A stretch of 17,719 bases of DNA, from contig JAUQYZ020000251.1 of NCBI GenBank assembly GCA_030587475.2, positions 1 to 17,719 on the forward strand. The letters run 5' to 3'. Numbering within the stretch: position 1 is the first letter of the stretch; each line of letters starts with the position of its first letter. Source of the stretch: Candidatus Sigynarchaeum calidifontis. GTDB lineage: Archaea; Asgardarchaeota; Lokiarchaeia; Sigyniarchaeales; Sigyniarchaeaceae. The notes beneath the pieces are model-generated. The model did no database searches, was not told the origin of the DNA, and was given only the letters and a program-made list of their open reading frames with translations. Made by a program: the position numbers and the translations under genes. Positions 15,389 through 17,719 of this stretch are shown here, piece after piece.

Positions 15389-16948
15389 ATGGCAAGAAGC
15401 AAGTTCGGCAAGAAGGCTTCGATCGCGACCGACTATGGCGACGCTGACACCAGGAACTACGAGGCCTTCCCTGCCTGGTCGATGCCGCTCGACGAGCAAT
15501 TCCGCCAGCTCGCCTTCAACGGCATCATCGCGCACCAGTTCTACTGCAGCGAGGACGAGATCCTCCGGAGGGGCATGGGCATCATCGACAAGTTCGTCAA
15601 GGAAAACCCGGCGAAAGCGCTCGAGATCGCCGCGACCGCGCGCAACGAGGGCTTCATCCGTTCGGTCAACATCACCACGCTCGCCAAGGCAAGCACCAGC
15701 ACCGGGGCATTCAAGGAGTACTTCGACAAGATCGTCCTCACCCCGCGGGACATGGTGCAGTTCATCGACGTGATGCGCGCGAGCCGCGGCCTCGGCCGTG
15801 CCATCAAGGAGACCATGAACAAGTGGGTCGCGGCCAAGCTCGACGAGTTCTGGGCGATCAAGTATCGCAACCAGCTCCAGGACAGCATCCGGCTCGGTCA
15901 CGCCAAGTTCGACGACGAGGCCAAGGCCATGCTCGCCGACTATGTCATGGAGAACGGCGAGCAGGCGAAGCGCGACGCCATCGTGGCACGCTTCCCGGCC
16001 ATCAACGCGGTTGAAATGCTCAAGCGCATCAACCCGCTCGTCGACGAGGGTCGCGCCATCGATCTCATCACCGCGGCCCGCCTCGATTGGAACGTGGTCA
16101 AGGGCATCTTCCACCCGACCCCGGACATCTGGAAGGCCCTCGCGGAGCAGATGTCGGCCATTGCCCTCGTCCAGAACATCGCGTCGATCGAGAGGAACGC
16201 GGGCGCCGACTTCGCGCTCGATATCGTCAAGCGCAAGGTCACCGCGGAGTTTCTCAGGCGCGGCAAGGTCTTCCCGTTCACCCTCGCGCAGGCCTACATG
16301 CACGTCAACGACCGAGCCCTCAAGTCCGCCATCGGCAAGGTGCTCGACTCGCTGGCCCTCGCGCACGACTTCAGCAAGCTCGGCCGCGTCGCCGTGTGCC
16401 CGGACGTCAGCGGCTCGATGACCAGCCCGAGCTTCATCAACATCGTTATGCAACGTGCAAGCGGCAAAGGTGGCAAAGGTGACATCCCGGAGGGCAGCAT
16501 GCACGTGCCCATCCAGGTCGCGGCCATGATCGCGGGCATCCTCGCCGGCGCCACCCGCCACTCGCGGCTCCTCGCGTGGGACACCGAGGTCATGGACGAG
16601 CGCGCCCTCTTCGGCAAGGACAAGGAGTGGCGCACCCCGACCCGCATCATGGAGCGACTCATGCGCATCACCGGCGGCGGCACCTTCATGGAGGCCCCGG
16701 TCAAGTACCTCGTCGAGCACCGCGTCGACGTCGACACGTTCGTCCTCGTCACCGACTCGGAGGAGTGGGGCGAGGGTTGGCTCGCCTACTGGAAGAAATA
16801 CAAGCAGTCGCACAAGGCCGCGCGGGCGTTCCTCGTCAGGGTCGACCTCTACCCGACCCGCCCGTTCGGTGGCGACGACTGCGAGCGGCTTGGCATCACG
16901 CAGATCTACGGCTTCAGCGAGATGGCCTTCAAGGTCATGCTCCAGTAA
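15389..16948 (+). CDS. rsr: Ro60/Rsr-like TROVE-domain RNA-binding protein with C-terminal vWA domain
   Basis: N-terminal 'NYEAFPAW', QFY, 'ARNEG.IRS', 'GLGRAIK..WV', 'IKYRN..D.IRLGH', 'ALVQNI', 'VFPF' TROVE motifs; MIDAS DVSGSM, GGT, VTDSE; 519 aa. Confidence 0.9.
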   Translation: MARSKFGKKASIATDYGDADTRNYEAFPAWSMPLDEQFRQLAFNGIIAHQFYCSEDEILRRGMGIIDKFVKENPAKALEIAATARNEGFIRSVNITTLAKASTSTGAFKEYFDKIVLTPRDMVQFIDVMRASRGLGRAIKETMNKWVAAKLDEFWAIKYRNQLQDSIRLGHAKFDDEAKAMLADYVMENGEQAKRDAIVARFPAINAVEMLKRINPLVDEGRAIDLITAARLDWNVVKGIFHPTPDIWKALAEQMSAIALVQNIASIERNAGADFALDIVKRKVTAEFLRRGKVFPFTLAQAYMHVNDRALKSAIGKVLDSLALAHDFSKLGRVAVCPDVSGSMTSPSFINIVMQRASGKGGKGDIPEGSMHVPIQVAAMIAGILAGATRHSRLLAWDTEVMDERALFGKDKEWRTPTRIMERLMRITGGGTFMEAPVKYLVEHRVDVDTFVLVTDSEEWGEGWLAYWKKYKQSHKAARAFLVRVDLYPTRPFGGDDCERLGITQIYGFSEMAFKVMLQ

Positions 16949-16977
16949 GCCGGCAAGCCGCCACGTCGAAAACCAGT

Positions 16978-16988
16978 TTCCTTTTTTT
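16978..16988 (+). terminator. Possible oligo-T terminator after the Ro60 gene
   Basis: TTTCCTTTTTTT about 30 nt past the stop codon. Confidence 0.35.
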
Positions 16989-17007
16989 CCCAACAACGAC
17001 TATCGAA

Positions 17008-17082
17008 GCAAGGATGGCCCAGTCGCCCGGCAGCGTCCTGATAAGGCGCCTCACGCAGGTTCAATCCCTGCTCCTTGCACCA
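17008..17082 (+). tRNA. trnI: tRNA-Ile(GAT), D-loop lacks GG
   Basis: GCAAGGA/TCCTTGC, GCGTC-CTGATAA-GGCGC, GCAGG-TTCAATC-CCTGC, ACCA. Confidence 0.82.
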
Positions 17083-17104
17083 ATCCCGCGTTTTATCGAT
17101 CCAC

Positions 17105-17177
17105 GGGTTCAGAGCTCGAGCGGCAGAGCAACGGTCCAGTAAACCGTTTGGTGTGGGTTCGAGCCCCACTGGGCCCC
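17105..17177 (+). tRNA. trnT: tRNA-Thr(AGT), atypical (A34, C33, G8)
   Basis: GGGTTCA/TGGGCCC, D stem GCTC/GAGC, ACGGT-CCAGTAA-ACCGT, GTGGG-TTCGAGC-CCCAC. Confidence 0.78.
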
Positions 17178-17217
17178 CTTGCATGCTCATCAAGAAAGCG
17201 GAACAAGTAGCAGTAAC

Positions 17218-17295
17218 GGGCTCGTAGTTCTAACCGGATAGAACGCTTGGCTCGCATCCGAGAGGCTTGGGGTTCGAGTCCCCACGAGTCCGCCA
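17218..17295 (+). tRNA. trnA: tRNA-Ala(CGC)
   Basis: GGGCTCG/CGAGTCC with G3:U70, CTTGG-CTCGCAT-CCGAG, TGGGG-TTCGAGT-CCCCA, GCCA. Confidence 0.88.
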
Positions 17296-17299
17296 ACAC

Positions 17300-17373
17300 G
17301 TGCGGGTAGTCTTAACCTGGCAAAACCACCGGTTTGCAACCGGATGACTCGGGGTTCAAATTTCAACCCAATA
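17300..17373 (+). pseudogene. Degenerate tRNA-Ala(TGC)
   Basis: CCGG-TTTGCAA-CCGG arm and GGTTCAAAT are intact, but the T stem and acceptor stem are largely unpaired. Confidence 0.6.
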
Positions 17374-17466
17374 TATAGGCTGGATGGATGTCCCCGCCCG
17401 TACACTTCTCGAGGAATCCATACGGGAGACTCGCCAGGCGGGTCCACATTGCAGCATTCTTTCAGC

Positions 17467-17545
17467 GGGGACGTGGTCTAGCGGCACATATGATCCCGGC
17501 TTCGGAAGCCGGTGCACGGCGGTTCGAATCCGCCCGTTCCCACCA
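17467..17545 (+). tRNA. trnP: tRNA-Pro(CGG)
   Basis: GGGGACG/CGTTCCC, CCGGC-TTCGGAA-GCCGG, GGCGG-TTCGAAT-CCGCC, ACCA. Confidence 0.9.
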
Positions 17546-17552
17546 AAACCAT

Positions 17553-17648
17553 GGAACCGTAGCTTAACCGGGAAAGTGGTTTCATCCACACCGACAGCCC
17601 CCGACCGAAGCTCGGGCGTTCGGCGATCGAGGCGCCGCGGTTCCACCA
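17553..17648 (+). tRNA. tRNA-like gene (GAA anticodon, C33) with a ~21-nt D-region insertion and T-loop ATCGAGG
   Basis: GGAACCG/CGGTTCC+ACCA, CCCGA-CCGAAGC-TCGGG, CGGCG-ATCGAGG-CGCCG; extra hairpin GTGG-TTTCAT-CCAC. Confidence 0.7.
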
Positions 17649-17653
17649 TTTCC

Positions 17654-17719
17654 GGGGCCGTATTCTAGCGGTCGAAGATCCGGGCTTTGGGAGCCCGATG
17701 TCGTTGGTTCGAATCCAAC
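17654..17719 (+). tRNA. trnP: tRNA-Pro(TGG), truncated by the window end
   Basis: GGGGCCG start, CGGGC-TTTGGGA-GCCCG, GTTGG-TTCGAAT-CCAAC. Confidence 0.85.

Noticed and set aside
15236-16996. 586-aa ORF on the minus strand
   Set aside because: Antisense shadow of the high-GC3 Ro60 gene; no recognisable motifs.

Overview
The window looks archaeal (TATA/BRE promoters, RAD55/KaiC-type ATPase, Asgard/Lokiarchaeia-like gene content; taxonomy is inferred). Bases 1-10.8 kb hold ordinary metabolic genes: an Amt transporter (partial) behind a KaiC/RAD55 ATPase, a B12-binding radical SAM enzyme with a duplicated C-terminal remnant, an ArsB/NhaD-family permease, 4-hydroxybutyryl-CoA dehydratase, an SCP2-like protein, a UroD/MtaA-family protein and an AbrB-PIN (VapBC) pair. 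From about 11.2 kb to the window end is an RNA island: at least 21 co-oriented tRNA or tRNA-like genes, many atypical (8 with C33 instead of U33, an A34 Thr tRNA, two with D-loop insertions), interleaved with non-tRNA structured RNAs and a Ro60/TROVE-vWA gene. The main signal is a repeated, covarying RNA motif, C(A/G)TG-stem-YGTCC-hairpin-GTGCC-stem-TACATCG. It occurs in two ~135-145 nt rod-shaped ncRNAs upstream of the Ro60 gene and inside the D-loop of a complete tRNA-Val, and its apical hairpin recurs over the Ro60 Shine-Dalgarno. The simplest reading is an undescribed archaeal Ro60/Y-RNA-like system within a stress-type tRNA array, with a tRNA/Y-RNA chimera and possible translational autoregulation. 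All RNA structures were derived by manual base-pairing, not computed.
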